From NCBI GenBank assembly GCA_051362555.1, contig CM120647.1:19506651-19570650 (forward strand): 64,000 nt of DNA, in the 5' to 3' direction. Every line of letters starts with the position of its first letter. The first letter of the stretch is position 1. This stretch comes from Lingula anatina (lineage: Eukaryota; Animalia; Brachiopoda). This document shows positions 1-13,122 of the stretch, piece after piece. The translations under genes were made by a program, and so were the position numbers. The notes beneath the pieces are model-generated. The model did not search any database. It had not been told where the DNA came from and worked only from the letters and a program-made list of their open reading frames with translations.

Positions 1-940
1 GCACACAGGGTCTGCAATAACAACACACATGGGTTAATATTTCTGTTAATTTCTGTGATAAAACAGACAGGCCACTCTTGGCACACAGGGTCTGCAATAA
101 CAACACACCTGGGTTAATATTTCTGTTAATTTCTGTGATAAAACAGACAGGCCACTCTTGGCACACAGGGTCTGCAATAACAACACACCTGGGTTAATAT
201 TTCTGTTAATTTCTGTGATAAAACAGACAGACCACTCTTAGCACACAGGGTCTGCAATAACAACACACCTGGGTTAATATTTCTGTTAATTTCTGTGATA
301 AAACAGACAGACCACTCTTAGCACACAGGGTCTGCAATAACAAAACACCTGGGTTAATATTTCTGTTAATTTCTGTGATAAAACAGACAGACCACTCTTA
401 GCACACAGGGTCTGCTATAACAAAACACCTGGGTTAATATTTCTGTTAATTTCTGTGATAAAACAGACAGACCACTCTTAGCACACAGGGTCTGCTATAA
501 CAAAACACCTGGGTTAATATTTCTGTTAATTTCTGTGATAAAACAGACAGACCACTCTTAGCACACAGGGTCTGCTATAACAAAACACCTGGGTTAATAT
601 TTCTGTTAATTTCTGTGATAAAACAGACAGACCACTCTTAGCACACAGGGTCTGCTATAACAAAACACCTGGGTTAATATTTCTGTTAATTTCTGTGATA
701 AAACAGACAGACCACTCTTAGCACACAGGGTCTGCTATAACAAAACACCTGGGTTAATATTTCTGTTAATTTCTGTGATAAAACAGACAGACCACTCTTA
801 GCACACAGGGTCTGCTATAACAAAACACCTGGGTTAATATTTCTGTTAATTTCTGTGATAAAACAGACAGACCACTCTTAGCACACAGGGTCTGCAATAA
901 CAACACACCTGGTTTTATATTTCTGTTCAGTTCTGTGATG
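1..940. repeat. 80-bp minisatellite, 11 full copies plus a diverged partial copy, running off the window's left edge
   Basis: Unit gcacacagggtctgcaataacaacacacctgggttaatatttctgttaatttctgtgataaaacagacagaccactctta restarts at 1, 81, 161 ... 881 with few variant sites. Confidence 0.97.
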
Positions 941-1082
941 TACCTGCCTGCGTGTTTCTGATTTAACCAAAAAAAAATAAAAATTACTATACCCCCTTGT
1001 CTATCTTTATTTTGCTGTTTCTGTCCCTTGTTTTCTTTACTTTCACCCATCCCTCCATCTGTCAGCTGGTATGATAACTTAC

Positions 1083-4000
1083 CTGTAAGTACACCTCCAA
1101 GGTGCTCTTCCTACTGTCAATGTTCTCTTGTCCCATGTTTCCAATACCAAACGGCATGGTTAGCCATTTCTTTGGGCCCTTCACATCTATAACAATACAT
1201 ATGACATATTGCTTTATATTCATTACCAATGAGAAAAACAAGCCAATTTATTGGAAATACATTTATCAGTCGTGTAATGACCCCAAAGTTCCTATAATCA
1301 TAATGATTGTAATGATTACAATAATTATAATTTTCTGAAACAAACAAGTGTCTTGCCAGACATAAAGTATACATGAAATACCTGTACAGCAACTGTTGTT
1401 TGCAGAAAATATCATGATTGTAAATTTTGAAATTTATACCATCTTTCAATTTTCTTAAAAGTTACAAGCAAAAAGTATTAAGTCTGGACCTAAAAAAACT
1501 CAGAAGAGAAAAAAATTATATCTATGACTTATAGATATGCTTCTCTGCACGTAAACATTTTCAAACTTTGATTAATCCAATGTGTATCAATAATTCACAT
1601 TTCTCCAAAATATCATTATTTTACAAGAAGTGACAAAATCTACCTTTGATGCATTTTTTATACAAGTCACTGTTTTCCAACCTGGAATGAAGATTGACAA
1701 ATTCCCTGAACCTTCTCCAAACCACTTTCTTCTGCAGGATAAACTCTTCTTCCTCAGTTAAATACCAGGCTTCATACTGGAAAACATGAACATAGTAATA
1801 TTCACATTCTGTCATAATTTTCTTGTAATTCTTTTTTTTCCCAAAAAAATTTAATTAAATATCACAACTTAAGGCAAAATATCGACTAAGTCATGTTTTT
1901 ATCTTGTCTAAAACTCATTAACTCACACCTATGTAAGCTCTTCTATCTCACACGGAAATAATATCTCATAAAAAATGTTTTAAATGAGATATGTATTTAC
2001 ACATGGTCCATTTTACACACCTTGCAAGTTTACTTATTAACCATTCTTTATTCATCTATCTGCATTTTATATAAAGTATACTTACCTCTATTTTATACAG
2101 AGTATATGGCTTGTTAGATGTAAATGAAGGTTCTGTGGCAGTCTCAGTCTGTGTAATATACACATTCTGGAAAATAAAATTTGGCACCTCCGTTGTTGTG
2201 ACAACCTGTCTTTGCCTCATGATGCGTTTCTGACGAACTCCAGTAGCTTGACCATTGGAAACACAACTCTGAATATCCTCTACGCTAACACTGTCCATCT
2301 CTGAAGACAGAGCACTTTCACTTTCATTTCCACTGGAACCAACGACAGGGGAACTGGACATCTGGTGGTCAGCTTTGTCCAGTTGGAGTGGAATGTTGAT
2401 AGATGCACTGCGGTGTAGATGACCAGGGCTACGGTCAGTTTGTGGCCTGTCTAATATCTCAGTGCTATCTGCTCTGGATATTGCTGTAAAAATACCTCTT
2501 TGCCTGTCAACATTGGCTCTTCCATCAGCCTCCCCCTGTGTTGCTTGTCTCCTAGCAACCCCAGAATGAGGCACTGCTGATCCTGTAACCTCCTGCTGAT
2601 TCTCTTCATCACTCCAATGGACTTTCAAAGGGCGTCTCTGTTGGGCAATTCCAATATGTCCTGTTATCCCAGACACAGCTATCTCTCCCTCACTTTCAAG
2701 AATTCCAGCAGTCAACACAGAGGAGCCTTCTTTAACATCACTGCTCTCTGACTGCTGATTATTATCATCATTCTCTGGCTCCCACGCAGCCTCAATCCCA
2801 TGAGAAAATGTCTCACCTGATAACGTGCCTTGGGGCACTGCTTTCTCTGCCTCCACAGTCTGTTCTCCAGAGAGCAAAAAAGATGGTCCCTTCAGATTGA
2901 AGTTACCATTGGCAGATTTACTTGGACTCTTCTCATTCTGCCTTCTGAATCTCCCCAAAAATGATGAACCCTGTTGATGAGGTTCCTCTATTTTCCTACT
3001 GACAGATGAACTGATACTATCTTCTTTTGAGGTTGAATTCCCTCCAACTTTGCTGAGGGTTTCAACATTTCTGCTAGCTTCTCTAAATATATTTGTACCC
3101 TCTGTGGATGTGGCTTCCCTACTGTCCTTCACCCCTGACCCTTGACCTTGCACTGAAGATATGACCTCATCTGACCTTGACACATCACTTGAAGACGACC
3201 TTGAACTTGACACAGTTAGCATGTCCTTGACACCAACTTCCTCAAAGGGTGTATCTGAACTTGACTCATGGAGCAATGCTCTCTTGATAGCCTCTTGATC
3301 AAGTCTAAGTTCTGTAGGTCTCTTCTGTGGCTTGGATTCAGGAGAGTGATCAGAACTTACTGTAGTTTTCACAGCTGTTGTTTGGGTAGTCTGGGGCTTG
3401 GATTGTTGTGTTAGAGTAGAAAATGGGTAAGAAGAACTTCCTGAGCTGGTTGTGTTAGCTGTGATTGTGTTCATTGTGCTGGTTGAGACAGGCGATGAAT
3501 TCCCTTCAGGCAACAGTCTAAAGTATTGGCCTAAACTAGATGAGACAAATTCTCCACATTTTTCCAGATCACTTTCTGGTTCATCTTGCTCATATTCCTG
3601 GAGATCTGCAGACTGCTCAGAATCAAAATGTGTTTCCTTTTCATTAAGTTCATGAGTATTTTCTGCTTCACTTGAGTTGGAATCGCTTCCTTTTAGTAAT
3701 TCTTGCTTCTGCTCAAAACCTAGTCCATCCTGTACAGGGGTTCCATCTAGTGGCAAACTTGCAGATTGACCTTGGTTTTGGTCACTGTCTGGTGACTTCA
3801 TCAAAGTCTTGTCTTGACTTATGCTTCCCTCTAGTGGCTGAACTATCTCTGGCTCCTCATCAGAGAGAACTGCCACAATACACCTGTGTAGAGTGTGAGT
3901 GTCGCTGAGTTTTGCCACTAGAGGGAGCAGCATGTTACAGGCAAGTATTTCAACCAGCATCTCTGTTGCACTTTCAGTTTTGTAGACCTGAGAAGTGTGA

Positions 4001-6063
4001 AGAAAATTATTCAGGGGATACAGCCAGTGCTAACTGTTTGAAAATATATATTCATAGCACACAAGGAGCAAAGGCTTTTGCATAGCAAATACATTAGCTT
4101 CCTACGGATTTTTTTCACTTTTTCCCTAAAATTACCAGAAACATCACCTTCAAAGCCTTTCAATGAGAATTATGAACCATTAACCCAGAAAATTTCAGAA
4201 ATTTCCAAGAGAATTTAGCTTTTGCCATTATATTAAGATCTGTATGCTTTTAAAACTTCCCTTTTGCATTGTTGCAATTTTCATAACACCAGTTTGAAAG
4301 CAAACAAATTATTTTCAAATACATCGAAATTGACTGCAATAAATATTTTTATATATATATAAAAGCAAACATTACCTTGTCTGGTGCTAAAGTGGCCAAC
4401 AGAAGTCTTGTTACAGCTCTCACATACTGCACCTCTGTCTCCTCATCATACAGAGCTGTGTGGAAATGAACCTGAAAAAATCAGTTAATCATATCAAGTC
4501 TGTAGCCAGAAATGTCAAATTGGGTGTTCTTAATCCATTTTTATCTTCAAAAGAATTCGAATACATTACCTGTTCATGGATAAGTACGTTTATTTTTCAT
4601 AATTACTGATCCAAGCATTTATTTAATCTGTCTTACCTGTTTCTCAAAAGCCTCCTCAATTGTTTTCACCTTTTTGAACTCTATCTTTGAGGGATCTTTC
4701 TTCTTCCTGTATGCTGGCTGCATCTTGAGGTAATGAACAGATGCTTGGTATCCTTTAACATGGCCCCTTGAATACAAACATGTACAGATATAGTTTTATA
4801 ACCCTATTTCCTCAAATAACGAGAACAGCTGGCTTTATACATGAGAAATGTGACCCTGATTGTGCTAGGTGTGACTGGTTGCATTGGGTGTGACCTGATT
4901 GTGTTAGCTGTGACCTGATTGTGTTAGCTGTGAACAGGTTGCATTTGTTGTGATACTGATTGTGTTAGCTGTGAACTGATTGTGTTAGCTGTGACCTGGT
5001 TGCATTTGTTGTGATACTGATTGTGTTAGCTGTGACCAGGTTGCATTTGTTGTGATACTGGTTGCTACAGATGTGCTTGATTACAAATCTATTCATTGCC
5101 AGATGTGAATTTTAACATTCCTTATTAAAACTAATGTGGGGAAAAATTCACTCTGTTTCAAAACAGCCTAACTGCTTAGGAATATGTGAGTACCTACCTA
5201 AACACTGTGAGCAAAACTGGTATTAACTTCCCTCTCCCAGCTTTTCCTATCCTGCGGGTACTATCTTGGAGAAGACTTGTGAGCAGCTGTGAGGCTTCCT
5301 CCATACACTGGCTGTTGTTACTGATTAAATCATACCAAACCTGTCGCAAAATAAAAACTTCATAGTGTGGGATTTTTCACGAATAACATAAATCTCATTT
5401 AGAAATATTGATCAAAGCTATATCTTGAAGCTGAAGATAAATTAACACAACTACATGTATATCCAAAATCCAAGATAACTTGTGAAAGGAAATCAATTTA
5501 ATTTACTTTCAAATCTGCATTTTTCTAGCAAAAGGTGAATTATCTTGAAGATGACAACAGTAACTGCAATTTGAAGTTTTAAGAAACTTATGTACACTAA
5601 TTCTTCATTTTCATTTCTGTCTAATGCAGACAGATAACAATGTCTGTACATAAAAATTGTCTGGCATTAAAATGATAACAAGCTGGACAAAAACCATGTT
5701 TTACCTTTACAAAATCTCTGCTAATAAGATCTACAAACTTATCCACTTCCTCTTTCACCATCCTGGATCTCAACTGGCTGTCGTCAACATAATGCCCATC
5801 AGGTGACGCCAATTTTAGCAGCCATTTGTACGTATTGTAAACAATGTGTATGGTCCCATCTGTGCGGAAAAGGGACTGCTGTCGCAGAAGATACCTGCAA
5901 TATCATTACATTTAAAGAGATTTTATCATTTATTTGAGATTGAATTTATATAATATTTCCTACATCTCAAACTAGAACTGAGATAGCAATTATCCTGCCA
6001 GCAAATGTTTGAAAATTGAAATCCCATTTGAATATCTCTGCAGCACTCAAATACATGTATTTC

Positions 6064-6106
<43 letters not shown>

Positions 6107-6293
6107 GCAAGAGAAGATATTACCTGGACCCCATAAGTCCTCCTAGGAATGTGAGTACATACATCAGCAGTGGCAGCCATGTCCATGTCCACACAGCCAC
6201 TGCTATGTACAACACCACCATCACCAGGGTGAGCTGAATACTGGTCATGTGACTGACATGTGACCTCAGTGCTCTACACAAGTACAATGCCAT
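1083..6293 (-). CDS. SNX19: Sorting nexin-19-like protein, 5' part (gene continues left of the window)
   Basis: Eight GT-AG coding exons join in frame: 6293-6124, 5894-5705, 5340-5198, 4766-4637, 4471-4376, 3987-2086, 1776-1644, 1186-1083. They encode a hydrophobic N-terminus (LTLVMVVLYIAVAVWTWTWLPLLMYVLTFLGG), a PXA motif (ISRDFVKVWYDLIS), a long S/E-rich linker with no RGS domain, and a PX domain (YTLYKIE..WRRFREFVNLHSRLE..VKGPKK..PFGIGNM..RKSTLEVYLQ) recognisably like vertebrate SNX19. Confidence 0.88.
4851..5066. repeat. Degenerate 20-21-bp tandem repeat in an SNX19 intron
   Basis: About 10 units of the gtgacctgattgtgttagct / gtgaccaggttgcatttgtt type. Confidence 0.85.
6065..6100. repeat. 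(GA)n microsatellite
   Basis: Pure GA run just inside the intron after the first SNX19 coding exon. Confidence 0.95.
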
Positions 6294-6727
6294 GGTGTAA
6301 GATGTGATGATATGTACAGTGGGAGAGGTGGGATAAGTCAGCAGGATGCCCAGTGTCTGGGATGACCTCGTCTTAAAGCAGCTACAACTGTCTCCACAGC
6401 TTTTTCATGACAGTGGGTAGTGTACTAGTCCATTTCTGAAGAATCATCAGATTTCTAGAGTATTTCACAGGTTGTAAACGGCCCTGTGTCTGGAAAAAAG
6501 AATCTTTATTACTACCTCACCTTAAAATACAGCGGAGGAAACAGTTCACAAATGCAGGATAAAATTCTTTTAAGAAAATTTACAACTGCAACTTACCACT
6601 TACCAGGCCACTGTTCATTTTTTTTAGATTGTACACATACACGTACACCTTGATACTATGCATGTATTGCTGGTAGCACCCCCACTACCCTGGTATATAC
6701 AGTGTACAGCCAGCAGTCAGATATTTT

Positions 6728-7205
6728 GGTGTGACTGAAATGCGCAATACACCGCAATACAGCGCAACACAGTGCAATACACTTCAAAAATCAAATCCAG
6801 TTGCAATTACACAAAAGAAATGACCATTCCCAGCAAAGTAGGGTGATATAAAAACAACCTATATATTACTAGGTAAGTAATATCGTTGATATAACTTAAC
6901 AAATCAGCAAGACTTTTATATTGTCAGATATTGTCCGGTTGGCAGCCATGTTGGCGAGTGGCTCTTCTTGGATATATTACTGGCCAAGAAGAGCTACTCG
7001 CCAACATGGCGGCTGACCAAACAATGAAAAAATTGTCAAGTTGTATCAGCAATATTAATTACTATGTACTATATTTTGCTTTTATATCACCCTATTTTAT
7101 TTGAGATTACCCTTTCCTGTGTTTACTTGCAACTGGACTTGTGTTATCAAGTGTATTGCGCTGTGTTGCGCTGTATTGCAGTGTATTGCGCATTTCAGTC
7201 ACACC
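6728..7205. mobile_element. Palindromic foldback MITE, about 480 bp
   Basis: The left end ggtgtgactgaaatgcgcaatacac is inverted at the right end gtgtattgcgcatttcagtcacacc. The arms pair inward to a central hairpin gccatgttggcgagtggctcttcttgg / ccaagaagagctactcgccaacatggc. Flanking direct repeat gatatttt at 6720-6727 and 7207-7214. Confidence 0.88.
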
Positions 7206-7597
7206 GGATATTTTGCGCGGAAATACACTAGGACTAGCATCAGTACTCGGCAAGTACTAGTACTAGGTATATACTAAATATTGCTGTATCTTGATGTTAT
7301 TATAAGTTAACCTCTGCTACTGGTTCCAGCACACCTATTGCATAGCTACAGCACTGTGTATAATAAATACATGTACATGTAAACTCTGAAGTCAGGCGCC
7401 TGATACTAGAGTAGGCTAGCTGTGTAGGCGGATGTCACCCGAGGCAGAGTCAAAACAAATCCTCTACCTAGTTAATAGTATTTTCCAAAAGTATATACCT
7501 CAATTTTCTGCTAAGGTATACGCATCGGAAACGCTACAGCATACCTACCACTTCATAACCTCGGTAGGGAATCGAGTTTGGTGTTAAGTTTTCTAAC

Positions 7598-10500
7598 CAG
7601 TCTGTCCGCAGATTCCGAGCTGCGCGTGCACACTGTCTGAAGCGACGGCCATTTTCGCACTACTTTCAGCAAAATCGAGTGAAAATGGACGACTTTTGAG
7701 CTCTTCGTATTTTCATGTGTATTTTTGTCAAAAGTTGGTGTGATTAAACGATAGATACATAAAAAGAAGCGGGAATATCTAAGGATTCGGAATTTTAAGG
7801 TTAGTTGTCATAAAAAATATATTCAGAACGATAAAAGGGAAGATTTATCCACGCGGGTGATTGCAAATGGTGTCCCGTTTCAGGTGTCCGAAATTTTCTA
7901 TTTAAAGATTTCTATAAGAAGTTTAATTTGTACAAAGTTTTAAAAACTAAATCATGAAAGCAGGTTAAACTGGGTTTCTGGTAGTCTATATATATTGAAA
8001 ATTCAGCTTTGTCCATTTTTTTAGTGCGAGGTGAACTCGACGCCAAGCACTCGCATTTTTGAAGCGTGTGACACTATAGAGCGTTTCAATTTAAACAAAA
8101 TTGCTGCAAGATTGATATCACCAGCGTTTTATATATATTCTAAAAGGTAAACAAGTGTGCTTTGTGTTGATATGAAACACTTGTTGCGTTTGGGTCCCAA
8201 CTCGTTGGCAAAGTGTTCATATTCCCGTGAAGTTGGTGTAAAAGTCGGCAAAATCGATTTTTTCAAGTGCAGTAGGTTACTGTGATTATGTATCGCAGGA
8301 AACGCAAAATATTTTCAAACAATTAGATCCTGCAGAAAGATAAGATCATAAGCTTTCAAATGATATATCATAAGGTATGTTTCCTACAATTTTTACCCAT
8401 TTTGTGTGGGGAAATTAGTGCATCTCCAAAACGACGACAAAAATGGAACCCCATTTTCATCATAATTTATAGCGTCACGTGACCAACCCGAAGCACTGAC
8501 CCCGACTTGGCAAGACTACAAGTTTTCTTAAATATTCTGAATATCAGAGCAAACAAGTTACAATAAAATTAAAATACGAACAAGTGCTGTACATCTAACA
8601 TCAGAAATATTCCAAGAGTTATATGCTTCATTCTTAAAACATCAAAAATGGTAGATCTATAGTTATGATCCACTGCACAAGAAATCCAGTGTGAATTTTG
8701 ACCAATATAGAAAGATATTGCTAGATCTAGTTATAAATAAAACAAGATTTTTTTTAATTGGATAAATATTTACAATGAAGTACTGGCCTATGGCCAGGTT
8801 GTACTTTTTAAAGCCTGAAAGGGTTTTGATTAAAAAAAATCGTTCAACACCAGTTCATTTATTATATTAAGATCTGCGCTGCCTTGTTCTCTTATTTTAC
8901 TGCTCAAGATTTATTTCTTTGTACTAGTGCTATTTTTGTCTCTGACATATTAAACTATTTAAAATAAGACAATTCCAACTGTAATTTGAAAAAACATCCC
9001 TAATCTATTTACAATTTACATTTCTCTTTTGAAAAGTGCAAAATTTTGAAATCTGTGTGCCAAACAAAACTAAGTAAACATTTAAAATTCATGTCCTTAA
9101 AGCACTGTCCCTGGGAAATGTTCATTCAGCCTCATGAATATGCACTGAACTTTTTGAAAGTTTTTTTGAAACTTTTTGCCTTTTAAATTAAAGCAGTTAA
9201 CAAGGCTCCAATAAACTCGTTGGCCAACTTGATATGTCTATTCTGAGGGCAGGAAAAGCACCTGCCCCAGCAAGTTATGAATATTATTGGTCTCCTAGCC
9301 TTGGAACAAATCAGTACACATAGCTTTACTTTTATTCACTATAAACATGCCACCTATGTGCTCTTTAAAGGCAGGCCACTCTCAATGGAAGTCTTTTGGG
9401 TAAAAGCCCATCCTGTATAATACTTGAAGAAAATAATCTTCCAGAACTTGTCTGCTATGACAAAGGTTTCTAGGGTAAACAATATCCAAGACTCTACAAA
9501 ACACCATCTCTTGTTCAGTCACACCTGCATCAACAGCACCATCACACAAAATCGTATGGAAAATAATTTTCCCTGGTCTTGACCAGAACACCTCATCCCT
9601 TATTGTCAGCTGATATGAAATTCGGGAATCTGTTAAAAATAAATATAATAAAATGATAAAATCTTATATGTAGAAACAAGAAATTTATACAAAGCAGATA
9701 AAAACTGAAATTTAATGAAAAATCCATAGATTAAAAAAAAAACTTACTTCATTGTCAGTCTCACACCAGTTGTTTATCAAAGTAATTTCTTACCATGCTA
9801 TATAGTACTAATAATTCCTTGGTCCTCCTACTAGTAATAGTAAAAATACAGAAGTATTGGCTTTTTTATATGTATATATAAACACTTAATTACCTTCTGC
9901 TTTGTCTGACTGGTATCTTTTCATCATTTAATGTCATCTAGTCCATCCTCATGCTATAGCTTAGGCAGGGATAGGCATGCTGTCAACATTTCACTAAAAT
10001 TGAAAAAGCACAATGCATAGGTCATAGAGTGTGGCTGTGCCTTGACAAACTATTTTTTAAAAACTTGTTTAATTTGAAGACTTTTATTTTAATACCGACA
10101 ATTTCAGATAAATTGAGAAAAATTGTTAAAAAATCACAATATTTAAACTTATAATGTTAAACAACTTTGGAACCTGCCCAAGAAAGACCTTTAGTACACC
10201 TGTAATGCTGATTGCGCAATGTGCTAGTTAACAGGTGTGTATAGACACACACACACCCTATTTTGGAAAAGGTCTAGATAAGGAAATACAACGGATGAAG
10301 GTACGCAAGTACACATTTTATGTAAACAAAGTACAATTGTAACTTTGCAACAAAATGTAACATTCACTAGTTCTGAACGTCAACAAGTGCATCTGAACTA
10401 TGCGAAGGGAGGTTACTCCAAAATCATTTCTATACATTTCGCCGCTTATATGAAACATAGTGAATGAAAAAAAAAAAAGACTCACCTTTTAGTCGGCAAA

Positions 10501-11235
10501 CCCAAAGCTATGTAACTTGACAGGCAGATTTTTCCATTCTAAAATCTAAAACCATAGCATTAATTGGTTGATTTCCAGCACCGATGTCGTTTTTTCACGT
10601 ATAATTTTCCATAACAACTCTCACTATGACAGTGACACATTGTATACTATAAATATACACTTGAAAAGCTGAACATTCAATTTTTTTCAACCGAAATGCA
10701 AGATTTACCGAGAAAAACGCTCTCAAGTCACTTGCTCAGTGCAACGTGACACTCCCAGTTTCGACTGACCTACATAGTTCGCACTAAAATAGGGATTTCA
10801 CAAAAAAGGACGGTTGTACAAATTTTTTATTCTTCTTGGCTCAATTCCAGCATATATAGTTGCATAAATCGTTATAATATCATGAAAGTAAGTTTGTCCA
10901 TTTTTTCTACAATCATTTCATTTTAGGGTACAAAATTACACGATCTGCTTGAGAAAAATGCGTGTGCTATTTTTAGACAACTGATACAAGGCTTTCGTCG
11001 AAATTGAAATGTTTATTTTACATTGTGCGTTTACATCAAGTTTTAAATTTTATTTTTTGAAAGTTTCAAGCGGAATAATGAGTTATTCACAGAGCTTCAT
11101 GGATTTATATAACAACTATGGATTTTTGAAAACATGGCGCGAAACACACGTCGCGGACTATTTTGTGCAAGCGCGTAGGTGTTTTTGTAATGATCACCGC
11201 TTACGCATTGATATGCCAGATCTGCGGACAGACTG
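7598..11235 (-). mobile_element. Decayed TIR DNA transposon, hAT-like
   Basis: Perfect 16-bp TIR cagtctgtccgcagat (7598-7613) / atctgcggacagactg (11220-11235), with aac on both flanks and an internal transposase-like remnant. Confidence 0.6.
9100..9629 (-). pseudogene. Internally deleted hAT/ZNF862-like transposase remnant
   Basis: HTILCDGAVDAGVTEQEMVFCRV resembles the first catalytic-Asp block of ZNF862-type hAT transposases. It is followed closely by LEDYFLQVL..*EWPAFK, resembling the region before the dimerisation domain. In-frame stops are present. Recognised by eye only. Confidence 0.45.
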
Positions 11236-11511
11236 AACAGCAAGTCGGTCCACACAAATGGCCTTGACCTTGTTCACAACCCATGTCAAGACAAGCTGCA
11301 CTCAAAGCGAGATATGGTTATTAACGTCTTTGTGAAGTGCTAAAGCGAAAACTGCTTACTAACATACATGGGAAGTTTAAAATTCATAAGTAAAGCTGCA
11401 CGATCTGATTGTATATTATTGCCTGATTTATATATCCAAATCTTAGAGAACAAGTAATGAATTAATTAGTTTTAGGCCAACTGTTAGTGCAAGATACAAA
11501 AATGCTATTAA

Positions 11512-13082
11512 CCCATTACAGTGACGTCATATTTGCTCCGTAACATTAGTCCAGCAGCCATACTGGAGGGAAAGAACGACGGGGATTAGTAGCGTAAATG
11601 TAGGTAAACCAAATAAAATAAACTAAAATGCATATCGCGATCAAGTACACCAAAAGGAATAGTGTATATACATGTGAAAACTACAGCTGATCAGCGGGAT
11701 CGACCCATATAAACTCAGGACAGTCCAAAGACAAGAAATCCTGACTTATCCCAACACCGTGGAATTGTCAGAAGCTAGTTCAGTTATCTTGTACTTCATT
11801 TTTCTTGTTCACTGGATAATAACAGTTATAGTTTTAGAGAGCTTAATGTGTAATCATAAGTTCAACCTTTCATAGAAGCAACTTTTTACATAAAGGATAG
11901 ATGTAAGAAGAAATTTTAGCTGACCATTGGGATCGACCCTTTAGGCCTCAAAGAAGACAGTATGCAGGGTTGTCTTATAACAAGAAATATTGCTGTCAGA
12001 TATGATTTAACTGAACATCATGAAGCTGTCAGAAATTATTTCAGCATTCTTGTACTTCATTTTGGTTCATTAGGAAGTACATGTAACATGGCTGTTGTTT
12101 GAGAGTTCAACATTTTATTATGAATTCAACCATTCACATTAGCAACATTTTATTATTAGTCCGGGCATTCAGAGAAGCAAGGCATTTTTCAAACTTATTA
12201 ATTTATGATATCCAATGTAGCATAACAACAAGTCAGTTCATGAATTGATCTTCATTTGATTAAAAATATAGGAAAATGCACTTTTTGTATAAATAAAAGT
12301 TAACATAAAATGCAAAACATTGTTGACATAGTTGCACAATTCAATGACAGATTTTCAGGGTCCCTTTCCTTTCGGTTGATAACACTGACATGAAAAATAT
12401 TTCCATACTTTTAATGATGCAATGCAACATGTACATGAGCATATTAAGTCAAATCAAGTCACCATAATCTGTGAAACCTGTTTGGTATATTTTTATCTAT
12501 GTATAGAGAAATGCTTGATTGAAGACTCACAATTGATATGTGCTGTGTGCAATAATTGTGTAGGTATGTACATATAAGTCCTTAGATGGTGTAACTAAGC
12601 AGTTTGTAATTTCATTTAGGAGAATTCCACAACTGGTGGTCAAAATTTAAAAAATGTGCAACCTAGAAGAGCTAAATCTTTTCTTGATACAGGACAGCCA
12701 TCTGTTTCTGCATATCAGACCATCTGTGAGAAGTGCAGCATACAAAGTATTTTATTTCTTGCATACTTTTCCATTTAGCCTTTAAAAATATGAGAAAGAA
12801 AAAGTGTTTTCATTTCTTCTTGTGCTTCTGCTCACAATTCTAAATAAATAGAATACCTATCCTTGTTGTATGCAAGCTATCAGGATAACAACTTTAAAAC
12901 GACAAATGAACAATTAAATAAACAAACAAATCCAATTAAATAACTCTTGTCATGCACTGAATTTCACTCTCCTGATGTTCAGATCCTGTCTCCTCAGCTG
13001 GTCACAAAGAATCAGATATAAGAATATTCTTTTGCTGCTTCTACCTTGTGTGCCATCTAGCTGCCTTTTGTACCTGTCACCT

Positions 13083-13122
<40 letters not shown>

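Noticed and set aside
1-940. CRISPR-like regular array
   Set aside because: The units are contiguous and near-identical with no unique spacers or cas genes, and the context is eukaryotic.
766-1050. 94-aa minus-strand ORF
   Set aside because: It is read-through of intron into the minisatellite. Only TLCAKSGLS looks exon-derived.
6380-6447. Upstream ATGs as the SNX19 start
   Set aside because: ATGs at 6447, 6433 and 6408 hit stops quickly. Only 6293 opens into the TM-PXA frame, so they are at most uORFs.
8062-10634. cactatag / cactatg heptamers suggesting a Transib or ProtoRAG end
   Set aside because: They are in the same orientation with no matching inverted end and no RAG-like coding sequence.
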